Shown: positions 25,144 through 38,242 of the stretch, piece by piece | How the letters are laid out: every line of letters starts with the position of its first letter | How positions within the stretch are numbered: position 1 is the first letter of the stretch | Assembly: GCA_951406725.2 (NCBI GenBank) | Contig: OX597832.1 | Location: forward strand, 49,042,001-49,106,000 | DNA length: 64,000 nt | Source: Octopus vulgaris | Lineage: Eukaryota | Direction: 5' to 3' | Translations under genes and position numbers: made by a program | The notes under the pieces: model-generated | Told to the model about the DNA's origin: nothing | Seen by the model: only the letters and a program-made list of their open reading frames with translations | The model's database searches: none

Positions 25144-26525
25144 CAGGGTGTTTCAAAACATTTGATACCATTTCGCAATCTAATAACTTTGCCAGTTCTT
25201 GTTCAAATGATTCCAAATCTTAACAGCATGTGTAGAAACAGGTCAAAGTTTTATGTTTAATGTTTGATATTTTATCTTTTCAGGTATAGAAATGGCATTC
25301 ACTAGAAGAGAAAAGGTGTTTTATGTGTTGGAGTATGCTCGAATACAGTCGAACAAGACTGTGAAACGTGAACTTGTGAGAGAGTTCTCGAAAAAGTCAC
25401 CAGAGGCATTGTAGATTTGGACATGGCACAAAACATTCATAAAGAAGGCTGTCTGTGCAGGGCAAAAGGATCTCGACGACCATTAACATCGGAAGAGACT
25501 GTCGAGCGGATTCGCTAAAAATTATTGCAAAGCTTCAAGATGTCCATAAGAAGAACAAGTCTGGAAACCCAGATTCCTCAACGACAGTTTGGCCGTCCTG
25601 AGGAAACGCTTGGTAATGAAACCCTACAAGCTGCAACCCGTTCGGGCCATAACGGCAAGCGAAAGCGCAAATAATTCTGTGTTGATTGCTGCAGCTCGGC
25701 TGGGATATGTTACGCCACCCTCAATTCTGGGAAGTAGCCGTATTCAAGGAACGACTTTTTTCAGTGATGAGGCCATATTTCATACGAATGGCAAAGTTGA
25801 TAAACATAATGTTCGCATTTGAAGAAAATTCCCATACCACAGTTGAGCACGAAATGCACTCACCAAAAGGGAACATGTCCTGCGCCATCTCCAAAATGCA
25901 TCTTCATGGCCGGTTTTTCTTTGAAGGAAATGTGACCGGTGACGTTTGTCTGCAAATTCTTCCGAACTGACTAATGGATGAGCTCATTGCAAATGAACAT
26001 AAAGACTTCATTTTTCAACAGGGCGGGGCTCCATCTCACTGGAAGCTCACTGTGCGGGCTTATCTCAATGATAATCTGCGAGGGAGATGGATTGGGTGTG
26101 CTGGTTGGTGATGAAGACAATGTGCTGTTCAAATGGCCGCCACGTTCACTTGACCTGGCACCTTGCGATTGTTTTTCGTCTGGGGCGATGTGAAGAGACT
26201 GCTCTATGTCTCCACTCTTCCAGCAAACCTAGAGGAACTCTAGCAGAGAATTACTAGCGCACTGGAGACTACTACCCAAGACATGCTGCGTGTTTGGGAG
26301 GAGCTGGGCTACCGACTTGACGTGTGGCGTGCCTCAGGCAGTGAACATATTGAACATTTGTGAAATCGCTCATGGCATTCACATAGCTTTGAATTTTTCA
26401 TAAAAATTTGCAAGAATAAATCTTATGATGCTCAACATTAAACCTGTTTAGTTTCTTTTGCTTTGACTATGTAGTTTCTGTGATATTTACATCTCAAGTG
26501 ATACCAAAGATTTTGAAACACCCTG
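25144..26525 (+). mobile_element. Full-length but pseudogenised Tc1/mariner element related to DD41D (rosa/Visitor)
   Basis: TIR cagggtgtttcaaaa / ttttgaaacaccctg with TA on the right. Translation MAFTRREKVFYVLEYARIQSNKTVKR, FSDEAIFH, FQQ(G)GAPSHW, WPPRSLDLAPCD; stops and frameshifts present. Confidence 0.9.
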
Positions 26526-26589
26526 TATACATATGTATGTATGTATGTATGTATGTATACATATATATATATATATATAAATCCTTAAA

Positions 26590-26747
26590 TCCTTAAAAAT
26601 GTTTTAGCCCAAAGGCCGCGGCCATGCTGGGGCACCACCGCTGAATGAGCTACATTAATATGTGAATCCACCTCTGATACGTGGCACTTGATCAACAAGG
26701 GAGTTCGATGCTGCTGCCCGCATCTGCGTCTCCTGTCGTGAGGTAGG

Positions 26748-26750
<3 letters not shown>
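26590..26750 (-). mobile_element. 3' end fragment of a CR1-group LINE
   Basis: Homologous to 27760-27920 (ccatgctggggcaccaccg...tctcctg..gtgaggtagg). Confidence 0.7.
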
Positions 26751-26805
<55 letters not shown>

Positions 26806-26816
26806 CATACGTAAGG

Positions 26817-27024
26817 TTAATCCAAACATGAAAACACAAAGAGAAAACACAACAACGGGAGGACGTGAAGCAAGTATAGTGCTATTGGACGCTCAGGCAG
26901 GAAAGAAAGAGGGAGGATTTAACGTTTCGAGCGGAGATCTTCGTCAGAAACATAGAAAAAGGAAAGATCCAAGGAAGGGAAGACGGAGGAAAAAGATCGC
27001 CAACGATACACACGCGGTCACATA
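26817..27024 (-). mobile_element. Mini-element family A with hammerhead at 26918-26951
   Basis: ttt-CTGACGA-a-gatc-tcc-gctc-GAAACGTT-aaa. Confidence 0.8.
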
Positions 27025-27167
27025 TTGAATGACTGGAAGGGAATGGGTGAAGGAAAAAGTTCTTTCAAAGACAGGAGAGTGCAAGAGAAAGGGGCATGTG
27101 CGTGTATGTGTAGGTATGTGCGTGCACGCAGGTCTCTGTGTGTGTGTATGTGTGTGTACATACATAC

Positions 27168-27234
<67 letters not shown>

Positions 27235-27641
27235 TCTACGTGTGTGCAAAATGGAAACTGCTTAAATCTGGCCTATATAAATTTCTTAAAAATAATTATT
27301 ATTTAGAAATCTGAGACAAGTTCTTTCTACATGTAAGAAGAGGTACATAAAAATGTTGATATAATCATATTGATGTAAGCATGATTCACCTATTCTCAAA
27401 TATCGTATGAGTATACAATATAAATAAATATATGTTGTTTGCAGGGATCAAATTTAGTATATCAACAAGTTTGTTAGATTGGACTTCACCGTCTACAGAA
27501 CAAATACAATCGTTAAAGTGAAATTAAATTCGTATGATTGTATATTATATTAATTACCTCGGTATTATGTTTAGAAACACCCAGGGTGCATTTTCAGAAC
27601 TATATCTTAATATATTCCATTTTGTTAAAGAGATACTTACA

Positions 27642-27713
<72 letters not shown>

Positions 27714-27744
27714 TATATATATATATAAACATATATATATATAT

Positions 27745-28830
27745 ATATTCTTTAATTCTTCAAGATGTTTCTGCTTCAAAGCTGTGGTCATGCTGGGGCA
27801 CCACCGTTTACTGAGCTACACCATTATTTGAAACCTCCTCTGCTATGTAGCATTTGGTCAGCGAGGGAGCTTGATGCCACTGCCCTCATCTGTGTCTCCT
27901 GCTGTGAGGTAGGCTCGTCTGGAACCCTTGACAGGAAGAGATCCAGTTTTGTTTTAAAGACACATCTATACCATGCATGTCTCTCGAGAATTTTGGGAAG
28001 ATATTGAAGAGCTATGGACCCTTGTATCCCAAGCTGTTGCTTTGTCTGGTCCTGTATTTTGATGGCGATGCTGAGAACTTGGCACTATACAGTAGCGTCC
28101 CATTCTGCAGTTTGAGTAACTTTCAATGCCAAAGTTTGGCACAAGGCCTTCGAGGATTTTCCAGGTGTATATCACTACATATCTTTCCTTCCTTCGTTCT
28201 GGGGAGAAGTGTTTTAATTCTTTCAGTCTTTCCCAGTAGCTGATACATTGCATCAGGAACAATTTTCCTAGAGTAGCTTCGTTCGATTACTTCGAGTTCC
28301 GCCGTGAATTTTATAACGTGTGATGACAACAGTTGGGAGCAGTAGTCCAAGCGATATCATCCAAAGGTCCAACAATGCCTCCTTTTCTCTTGTTCTGAAA
28401 GTTCGGAGGATCGATCCAGCTAGCCGTCTGCATTTTATTACCAAATTGGTAATATGGACTTCAAAAGATGCATCATTGCTCATGCCAGTACCCAGGCCAC
28501 GCACTGATTTTAATTCAGGGATTGCAATTCCTCCGCAGAGGAACTGCAATTCCTGAATATAGTATGTCCTGTCTGCGTGTCGTTTAGCTTTGTGTACGAG
28601 TAGCATTGGGCCTGGAATTTTCCTGCATGAAACTGCATTTTGTTGTCCTCGGCTCACCTGAATATTGCATCCAACTCCCGTTGCAAATGTGTAATACTTT
28701 CAGGATTTGTATTGTCTGAGAGACTTTTGTGTCACCTGCATAGCTAGCAACGTTGGCTGAGCAGTGGAGGGCATGTCTGTGAGAACTACTATGAATAGCA
28801 GAGGGCTACTATGAATAAGCAGTGACACTG
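27745..28830 (-). mobile_element. Decayed CR1-group LINE (end of RT, C-terminus and 3' UTR)
   Basis: PLLFIVVLTDMP, YAGDTK-like motif, VRGLGTGMSNDASF, DYCSQL, YWERLKELKHFSPERRKERY..IYTWKILEGLVPNFG. Multiple frameshifts. Confidence 0.85.
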
Positions 28831-28909
28831 TAGAACACCAACGTGTCTGAGTGTGTATATATATGCATACACTCACACACACACATACATACACACACAA
28901 ACATATATA

Positions 28910-29058
28910 GCAAAACTGTCCGACGAACGGGAACGTGAAACTCAGAGTAAGAGGTTTTGTTGAATTTTCTGCTGCTTTTAAATAAATCATATTACTCTAC
29001 CACTGGTATTTGAGTACTCCTTTTTCCACCTTGTTTCACATTTATGTGTTTACTCCGG

Positions 29059-29060
<2 letters not shown>
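28910..29060 (+). mobile_element. Mini-element with degenerate hammerhead (family E)
   Basis: CCGACGA-acg-ggaa-cgt-GAA-actcagagt-A, with U4>C and an imperfect stem I. Followed by (TA)n. Confidence 0.55.
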
Positions 29061-29096
<36 letters not shown>

Positions 29097-29099
29097 TAT

Positions 29100-29300
29100 G
29101 ATTCGCCATGATAGATCTCTAGTCGCCAAACATTTTCTATTTCCGCTCCCTGCTTATTTCTCTGTTCCTTTCTGTCGAAGAGCGTAAACTCGAAATGTAA
29201 AAGACTTTTTCACTTCTCGAGCGCTAAACTAATACATCTGTTTGTTGTTTACACTTCCGTCTTCGTTTTTCGTTTTTTTTTTTGTGAATTCTCACTATAC
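29100..29300 (+). mobile_element. Mini-element family B with hammerhead variant at 29168-29203
   Basis: cttt-CTGTCGA-a-gagc-gtaa-actc-GAAATGTA-aaag. Confidence 0.75.
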
Positions 29301-29554
29301 ACACACACACACACACACACACATTCAGACGCATACATACATACGTACATACATACATACATACATACATACATACATACATACATACATACATACGAAA
29401 ATACGCTGCTGTTGATGTTTAAATTCCAATGAAGGAGTCTTGGATCTAGATTAGAAATCGGATCTTTCTCTGTTGGTAAGAAATCCTGAAATAAACGGAA
29501 AAATGACATACATACGTACGTAGAGAAATATAGATGTATTCTCTTATTTTTTTT

Positions 29555-29915
29555 CTCTTTTACTTGTTTCAGGCATTTGACTGCGGCCATGTTGGAGCAT
29601 ATCCTTTAGTCGAACAAATCGACCCCAGGAATTATTCTTTGTAAGCCTAGCACTTATTCTATCGAGCCCTTTTGCCGAGCCGCTAAGTTACGGGGACGTA
29701 AACACATCAATATCTATTGTCAAGTGATGGTTGGGGGACAAACACAGACACACACACAAATATATACATACATATATATTGTTATATATATATATACGGC
29801 GGGCTTCTTTCAGTTTCCATCTACCAAATCCACTCACAAGGTGTCACGCACTGGGATTGAACCCGAAACCATGTGGTTGGGAACTAAGCTTCTTTCCATA
29901 CAGCCACGCCTGCGC
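29555..29915 (-). mobile_element. SINE group C
   Basis: Head at 29800-29915 and tail at 29555-29745. Confidence 0.8.
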
Positions 29916-30339
29916 CTATATAACAAGATTTTCTTGCGCCTATATAACATGTATTTCACACATCCTTTTCTTACACACACGCACACATACACACACACAC
30001 ATACACAAGTACACTCATCACATTTACGCACACTTATTCATCATATTTACACAGAAACATACACACACGCTCATCACATTTATACACGCACATACACAAA
30101 CACACACACAAGTGCACACACACATATATATATATATATATACACGTACAAACACACACACACACTTACCCCCACACACACACACACTCCCCCCCCACAC
30201 ACACACTCACTCACACATATACACACACATCTATATATAAATATATGCATATAAATTCATAGATAGATAAATACATAGATACAAACATACAATCATGCAT
30301 ACGTACACACTCATACATTCATCGTATATATATATATAT

Positions 30340-30872
30340 ATATATATACACATACATACATTCATACATACATACACATATACATATATACATACACACA
30401 TACATACAGCATCCATACATACACACTCATACATTCATTCGTACGTACATACATACATACATACATACACATTCATACATTCATTCATACATACACATTC
30501 ATACATTCATTCATACATACATACACACATACATACATGCATACATACATACACACATACATATATGCATACATACATACATACATACATACATACATAC
30601 ATACATACATACATACATACATACATACGTACGTACATACATACATACATACATACATACATACATACATACATACATACATACATACATACATACATAC
30701 AAACATACATACAAACATACATACATACATACATACATACATACATACATACATACATACATACATACATACATACATACAAACATACATACATACATAC
30801 ATACATACATACATACATACATACATACATACATACATACATACATACATACATACATACATACATACATAC
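30340..30872. repeat. Long (CATA)n microsatellite
   Basis: Direct inspection. Confidence 0.97.
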
Positions 30873-31384
30873 GTGTGCTTCTCTATGTGCAAAACATTTA
30901 ACGAGCTAAATAGATAATTACGATGTCGCTCTCTGTGTTTTTTGCTGTTGAAACGTCTGTTCCCCTCAAGCGCTGGCTCAGTCCTGAAGTCCACTAAGTG
31001 TTTAATTATACGATGGCAACACAGATTTACCATTAAAACTCTGCAGTGAAAGTTAATCTATGTTTACACCAATTTAAAGTGAACTAATTGAGGCAAGAAA
31101 AAGTGAAAAATGATTAAATTAGAGGTTAACATGATTTGATGGTATTGAATTCATTCACAGTTTGATCCGAGGACAGCGAGTTCAATTTTCCTTCAAGCTA
31201 TCAGGAATTTTTAATGATGTACTTTTTTTTTAATATTATCTGTTTGTTTATTTATTGTTGCTCTTTCAAGGTCGGACGAACCCGATATGATACCTCCTTC
31301 GTGATCGATTATGACTGAATTTTTGTATAGAAGTGTTTGTATGTGTTTGTAGTTTACACCCACACCCACACACATAAACACAGA

Positions 31385-31440
<56 letters not shown>

Positions 31441-31457
31441 TGCATAGATATGCACAT

Positions 31458-31537
<80 letters not shown>

Positions 31538-31596
31538 GTATACGTGTATATATCAAATTTGATATACTAAATATCAACTCAATATACGTATGCCTT

Positions 31597-31975
31597 CGTT
31601 AGCAAGCCGCGCGAAATGCTTAGCCGTATTTCGTCAGCCGTTACGTTCTGAGTTCAAATTCCGCTGAGGTTGACTTTGCCTTTCATCCTTCGGGGTCGAT
31701 TAAATAAGTACCAGTTACGCACTAGGGTCGATATAATCGACTTAATGCATTTGTGCGTCCTTGTTTGTCCGCTCTGTGTTTAGCCCCTTGCGGGTTGTAA
31801 AGAAATAGGTATTTCGTCTGCCGCTACGTTCTGAGTTCAAATTCCGCCGAGGTCGACTTGGCCTTTCATCCTTTCGGGGGTCGATAAATTAAGTACCAGT
31901 TCCGTACTGGGTTCGATCTAATCGACTGGCCGCCTCCCATCAAATTTCAGGCCTTGTGCCTAGAGCAGAAAAAAG
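31597..31975 (+). mobile_element. SINE group B dimer inserted as one unit
   Basis: 16-bp TSD aatatacgtatgcctt at 31581 and 31976. Internal junction gtaaagaaatag|gtatttcg. Confidence 0.9.
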
Positions 31976-32555
31976 AATATACGTATGCCTTTGAAGGAAC
32001 CTTAGTCGTGTACAGAGCAGTAATAAGAGAAGACAAAGGAACAAGCGATTGTCTTACGAACTTCAGAGAAAGAAAGAGCGAGACAGGGAGAGATAGATGG
32101 TAGAGGTGCAAAAGAGAGGGAGCGACGATTACCTCGAAATAACATTCGGTTGTGTGTGCATCAATGCATGTCAAACACATGCAGTTTACATGGAATGAAA
32201 CGACTTGCACTTTTACTAAATGTCTTACGAAATCGTTTGTAGAGAAGCCGAGTGCCAGTACATCGTTATTGGGTATGAAAATAGAAACGTATCACAAAGT
32301 ATGTATTGTTATAGAATTTGTCTTTGTTGTTTTTATCGCAATGTAACCTAGAATTTACAGACGTACCACCAAAACGCATAACTGACATAAACAGCAGATC
32401 TTATCTCAAGCTATGTACAAATCGCACTGCTTTTTATTGCATTTGTCGAATGTGGAAGAAGCTCCTCGCAAGTATTTTTCCATCATCACCAAGAGCGTTG
32501 AGTTTGACGCCGTTAATGTTTAATTTAAAGAATTGAGCAGTATACAAATCGTAGT

Positions 32556-32856
32556 GTGGAGGCACATGGCCTAGTGGTTAGAGCAGCGGACTCGCGGTCG
32601 AGGGATCGCAGGTTCGAATCTCAGACCGGGTGATATGTGTGTTTATGAGCGAAACACCTAAGCTCCACACGGCTTCTGCAGAAGGTAATGGCGAACTTCT
32701 GCTGACTCTTTTGCCAAAACCTTCTCTCACTCTTTCCTCCTTCATCTTGTAGCTCACCTGCAACAGACCGGCGTCCCGTCCAGGTGGGGAACCCATACGC
32801 CAAGGAAACCGAGAAACCGACCCCTATGAGCCAGACATGGCACGAGAAAGAACAAA
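32556..32856 (+). mobile_element. tRNA-Arg-like SINE, group A relative with V-like tail
   Basis: A box tggcctagtgg, B box ggttcgaatc. TSD acaaatcgta. Confidence 0.85.
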
Positions 32857-33424
32857 CAAATCGTACTACTTTTTATTGTATTTGCGCCTCATAAGTATTA
32901 TTCCATCATCTCCGAGAGCGTTGAGTTCGACGCCGTTAATGCTTTGTTACAGGAAAGACGTGAGCTTGGGAAATAATGGTACTTGGAAAGACAGGACTTG
33001 AAAAATGGCTAGCTGTGTGTGCGTGTGAATGCAACTAGAATAACATGTAGGGGACAGAGGAGTAGGTCGATAATATATAACTGAAAGATCTGCCTGCTTC
33101 AAACAACGTAGTTGCGACAGTGCACCTGTGTACTTTTAGGACCTTAACGTGCGGTTTATAGAATATTTGGCTAATACTTGAAACAGAGCAGGCGTCTATG
33201 CTAATGCTCATTGGCTGATATCCCTGTCATTGTACTACGTGATATGTTTTATCCTTTATCGTTGAATTGTTTCAGTTATTAACTTGCGGCCACGTTGGGG
33301 CATTGCCTTAAGTAGTGTTAGCCGAACAAATCGAAACCAGCCCTTTTTTTTAAAGTCTGCTACCTATGTTGTTGGTTTCTTTTGTCGAGCAGCAGTTACA
33401 GTTACTTGGACGTAAATGTAGGTT

Positions 33425-33830
33425 GCATACGAACCACATGGTTCAGGGTCCAGTCCCACTGCGTAGCACCTTGGGCAAGTGTCTTCTTCTATAGCCTCGG
33501 GCCGACCAAAGCCTTGTGAGTCGATTTGGTAGACGGAAACTGAAAGAAGCCCGTCGTATATATGTATGTATATATATGTGTATGTGTGTATGTGTGTGTG
33601 TGTATGTGTGTGTGTGTGTGTGTGTGTTTGTGTTTGTCCCCCCAACATCGCTTGACAACGGACGCTGGTGGTTTTACGTCCCCGTAACTAGCGGTTCGGC
33701 AAAAGAGACCGATAGAATAAGTACTGGGCTTACAAAGAATAAAACCTGGGATCGATTTGCTCGACTAAAGGCGGTGCTGCAGCATGGCCGCAGTCAAATG
33801 ACTGAAACAAGTAAAAGAGTAAAAGATTAA
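33425..33830 (+). mobile_element. SINE group C
   Basis: Head, internal (TG)n, and tail ending cagcatggccgcagtcaaatgactgaaacaagtaaaagag. Confidence 0.9.
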
Positions 33831-33967
33831 AAGTAGTACCGGTTGTCAAATTGTGTGTGTAGACAAACACAGACAGAAAGACACGCATACACAAACACAT
33901 GATCACACACACAAACAAACACACACGCATATACAAATATATATATATATATTCTTCCATGCCACAT

Positions 33968-34027
33968 TTATCACTGACGAAGGGAGGGTTTTTACGAACT
34001 AACCCTGAAATCGGTCCGATATGGTAA
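33968..34027 (+). ncRNA. Type I hammerhead ribozyme motif (family C) in a PLE-like fragment extending to ~34290
   Basis: ttatca-CTGACGA-aggg..ccct-GAA-atcg-gtc-cgat-A-tggtaa. All three stems close. Confidence 0.8.
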
Positions 34028-34286
34028 TATTGGAATTTTTTAGAAATTTCTGTCGGCTTCTTTTCAAGTAGCGTGCGTATTGTGAAAAATTATATGGTAA
34101 TGGACAATATGTCCAATTTTCGGCATATTTGGCATTAGAAATTTTTTCGTCAGCCCTTATTTATAAGTTGTTTATAATTTTAACCTTTAAAGGTATTTTT
34201 TAATATGTTAATAAGTTGTTTATAATTTTAACCTTTAAAGGTATTTTTTAAAGGTATTTTTCGAAAAAAAAAATTTTATCCTACAT

Positions 34287-34323
<37 letters not shown>

Positions 34324-34877
34324 GATGAGCTTCCACACAGTTTCTTGAAAGAGAGAGATACCACGTGATTGCAAAGCAAGCTTCTTAACAACACAGCCAC
34401 GCATGCACCTCTGTTGAGTTTCAATATTCCATATCATTGAAGCTAAGCTCAAGATGACAAATTAATCCATAAGTTATTTCTTTCTTACTTCGCCGTCTTC
34501 ATGACAACCAATGAATATATCAACAATGTTCTAAGTCATAACATATTGGTTTTTCTCGATTTCCCTAGCTTTTCCAGCTTGTATGGCATCAGATATTTGG
34601 CATGTACATATTTGATATGTATATAGACTGGAGTTAAATGCACTTTTAGTAAATTATCGCACGGGGATTAATACATGTTATACGGCTGAACTGAAAGCCC
34701 GGGCTGTAAAGGAAATGGAAGAATTTGTAATCCTCCTTGACGCCAATAAGCATGTGCACCTGTACCCATACACAAACACTCACATGTATGCAATATCGGT
34801 ATGTGTTGGATTTTCAGAGCGTCTATTTGTATATACCAGAAAATCTGTGTATGTAGGTATATATATATATATATGAA

Positions 34878-35286
34878 GTTAATCCAAACATGAAAACACA
34901 AAGAGAAAACACAACAACGCGAGGACGTGGAACAAGTATAGCGTTATTGGATGCTCAAGAAAGGAAAGAAAGAAGGAGGATTTAATGTTTCGAGCGGAGC
35001 TCTTCGTCAGAAACATAGAAAAAGGAAAGGTCTGGGGAAGGGAACACGGAGAAAGGAAATCGCCAATGATATATATATATATATATATAGTTAATCCAAA
35101 CATGAAAACACAAAGAGAAAACACAACAACGCGAGGACGTGGAACAAGTATAGTGTTATTGGACACCCAGGGAAGGAAAGAAAGAGGGGGATAACGTTTC
35201 GAGCGGAGCTCTTCGTCAGAAACATAGATAAAGGAAAGGTCTGGGGAAGGGAACACGGAAAAAGAAAATCGCCAACGATACACACG
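34878..35286 (-). mobile_element. Head-to-tail dimer of mini-element family A (period 212 bp), each unit with a hammerhead
   Basis: gttaatccaaacatgaaaac at 34878 and 35090. CTGACGA-a-gagc-tcc-gctc-GAAAC at 34981-35015 and 35192-35224. Confidence 0.85.
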
Positions 35287-35287
35287 C

Positions 35288-35360
<73 letters not shown>

Positions 35361-35394
35361 GGATGGATAAGATAGATAGATAAGATAGATAGAT

Positions 35395-35467
<73 letters not shown>

Positions 35468-35899
35468 GGATAGACGTTGATTTGCAAATCTATATATGAC
35501 ATATGTTCCGGCAGACCTGAGCACAAATATGCTAATCGCTGTTGTGCACGTCACGGGGAAAGAGCTTAAAACACTCCACATTAAAGCACGACGATCGAGG
35601 AAGCCTTCTATGCAAGTCAAGTGAGCTTTCTTTAGAACACCGGTATTCTTCGGTATGTAGTCCACTTCGCCTTGAGTGCACGTCTCATACTTACTTATAT
35701 ACATACATGCATGGTGGCTGGCCCCCTTGTTATCGAGTATGGCCATTGCACGAAGCTTAATCAATGTTGTTATCGTGCAATGCCTGTGCAAGAAGATTTT
35801 TTTTTTTAAAGTGAGGAAAGGCGGTGCACTGAATCAATCCAAATCACTTAGCAACAGCAGCCATAATCCGAAAAGAAGAACAAGTCAACATCATCGGTA

Positions 35900-36266
35900 G
35901 CCACTGAGCCGCAGGTTTTATGTCGGAGTTATCCCAGTTACCTGAGTTACCTTCTCCTAGAAGGATGCTCTGACAAAGACAAGGAGTCCTTCACTCCCAA
36001 CGGTTTAACCGCGCAATCGGGTATTCAGTCCGATTATTTCTATGTCCCCGCGCATGATACAGCCTTAAGACATTTATTGGATGGCCGTTGACTCTCAAGA
36101 GTTCCTCCACCCTTTGACGGGTTTTGTTTTTCATCCTGCAGGGTGTCCAATAAACACCCTCCTCAACAAGCAAGCCTGGTGGGGTTGCCGGTTTTGTCGC
36201 CGACGACCCGACCATGCAACAGGTTGTACTGGGTTACATGTTACCAGTAGCACTCGAAAGTGACCT
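35900..36266 (-). mobile_element. Probable retroelement-derived segment (RTE-like 5' region)
   Basis: GC-richer block with a sharp boundary against (CATA)n. Family assignment is from resemblance only. Confidence 0.35.
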
Positions 36267-36267
36267 G

Positions 36268-36630
36268 ACATACATACATACATACATACATACATACATA
36301 CATGTATACACATATACATACATGCATGCATACATATATACATACATACATACATACATACATACATACATACATACATACATACATACATGCATACATA
36401 CATACATACATGCATACATACATACATGCATACACATATACATACATGCATGCATACATGCATGCATACTTGCACACATACATACATACATACATACATA
36501 CATACATGCATACATACATACATGCATACACATATACATACATGCATGCATACATGCATGCATACATGCATACATACATACATACATACATACATACATA
36601 CATGCATGCATACATGCATGCATACTTGCA
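36268..36630. repeat. (CATA)n/(CATG)n microsatellite with higher-order duplication
   Basis: catgcatgcatacatgcatgcatacttgcacac occurs at ~36445 and ~36601. Confidence 0.9.
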
Positions 36631-37205
36631 CACAAACACACAGACATGCGTTCATAGCTTTCTTTTAGCAATCTTCATGCAGGCGGTGTGCTAAGAGAAG
36701 ATGCTAAGCGGACGGTTATACCTACACCAATATGAATATGAAGCCATCAGCTAGAGCATGGCTAATCTTTTTTCCGTTCATAATGCTACTCTTGACCTGG
36801 TACTTATCTCCAATTTTCTCGATGTCAAGGAGCTGACAGAGAAATATATCCCCGGATTAAACACCGGGAAATATATGGTGAAATATGACAGGAAAAGAAT
36901 ATGGTTTGCGAAACCACAAAAAAAAAATGATGTCAGATGTCAGGCTCTGTGCAGGAGAAGCGATATCTGCCTTTCCAATACGAAAGAAAGGAACTTAGAA
37001 GAGAGAAGAAAAAATAAGATGAGAGAAAATGAGATACGGTATAGGGATAAGCATTGCACGTGTATCATTCAAAAATTCATTGATGATAATAAATATGAAA
37101 AGTGGATTATGAATATGTGGTTTCTAAAAGAGGAGAATTAAAAGTGAAGAAGCTATGGGCAATTCTCTGTCATGCGCAAAAGGAAAACGAGAATGACTTT
37201 TAGTA

Positions 37206-37769
37206 TTGGGTTGTCCGGAAAGTTCGTGCCGGTTTTTAAAGGAAAGAAAAAATTCAATAAATACTTGCCATTACATTTTTAATCGACCAAATATGAACCA
37301 TTTTGTTGCGCAATGCATCTCCATCTTTCCTTTAACTTGAAAATATCTTCTTCCCAGAATTGAGGTGGTTTCATGGCAAAGAATTAATCAATGTATCTTT
37401 ATCACGTCATCCAAGGAATTGAAATTTTTATCATTAAGACTATTCTGCAGTGACCTGAATAAGTGGAAATCCGAAGGAGTAATATCTGGTGAATATAGAG
37501 GGTGGGGTAACACATCTCAACCGAGCTGCAGCAATTTTTGCCTGGTTCCCAAAGCATCAAGTGCCGAAAATGAACGTTCTTATCTTCCATTTTAAAGGGT
37601 TACAGAATTAACACAGGTTATAGGAACATAAATCTTCTTCCACGAAAATATAGCTTAAACTGTGCTCTAAATGGAGGTGTAGTCAAATTCTATTTTATGG
37701 ACTCAACCATGTTCTAAAATAAGTCGAAAGGTAAGCTGCTATAAGTTGGCACGAACTTTCTGGATAACC

Positions 37770-37772
<3 letters not shown>
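37206..37772 (-). mobile_element. Second copy of the internally deleted mariner
   Basis: Same TIRs, TA TSD and same deletion junction ggttcccaaagcatcaagtg as 23588-24153. Confidence 0.95.
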
Positions 37773-37843
<71 letters not shown>

Positions 37844-37872
37844 TGTGTGTGTATGTATGTGTGTGTGTGTAT

Positions 37873-38190
37873 GGAGGCGCAATGGCCCAGTGGTTAGGGC
37901 AGCGGATTCGCGGTCATAGGATCGAGGTTTCGATTCCTAGAACGGGCGTTGTGAGTGTTTATTGAGGGAAAACACCTAAAGCTCCACGAGGCTCCAGCAG
38001 TGGGTAGTGGCGATCCCTGCTGTACTCTTTCGCCACAACTTTCTCTCACTCTTTCTTCTGTTGGCCTGCTCACTTAGCCAGCGGGGTGGCGTCACTTGAT
38101 GGCTAAAACAATGCGAAGAGCATTGTGATCAGCGATGTGTAGCAACATCTGATAGCCTGGTCGGTCACGGTGATCACGGTGATCACAGTG

Positions 38191-38192
<2 letters not shown>
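37873..38192 (+). mobile_element. SINE group A, tail type c
   Basis: Group A head and body, then ttggcctgctcacttagccagcggggtgg...(tgatcacgg)n end. Confidence 0.9.

Positions 38193-38242
<50 letters not shown>

Noticed and set aside
36150-36266. HDV-like ribozyme at a putative RTE 5' end
   Set aside because: I could not assign the nested double pseudoknot (P1, P1.1, P2, P3) convincingly.
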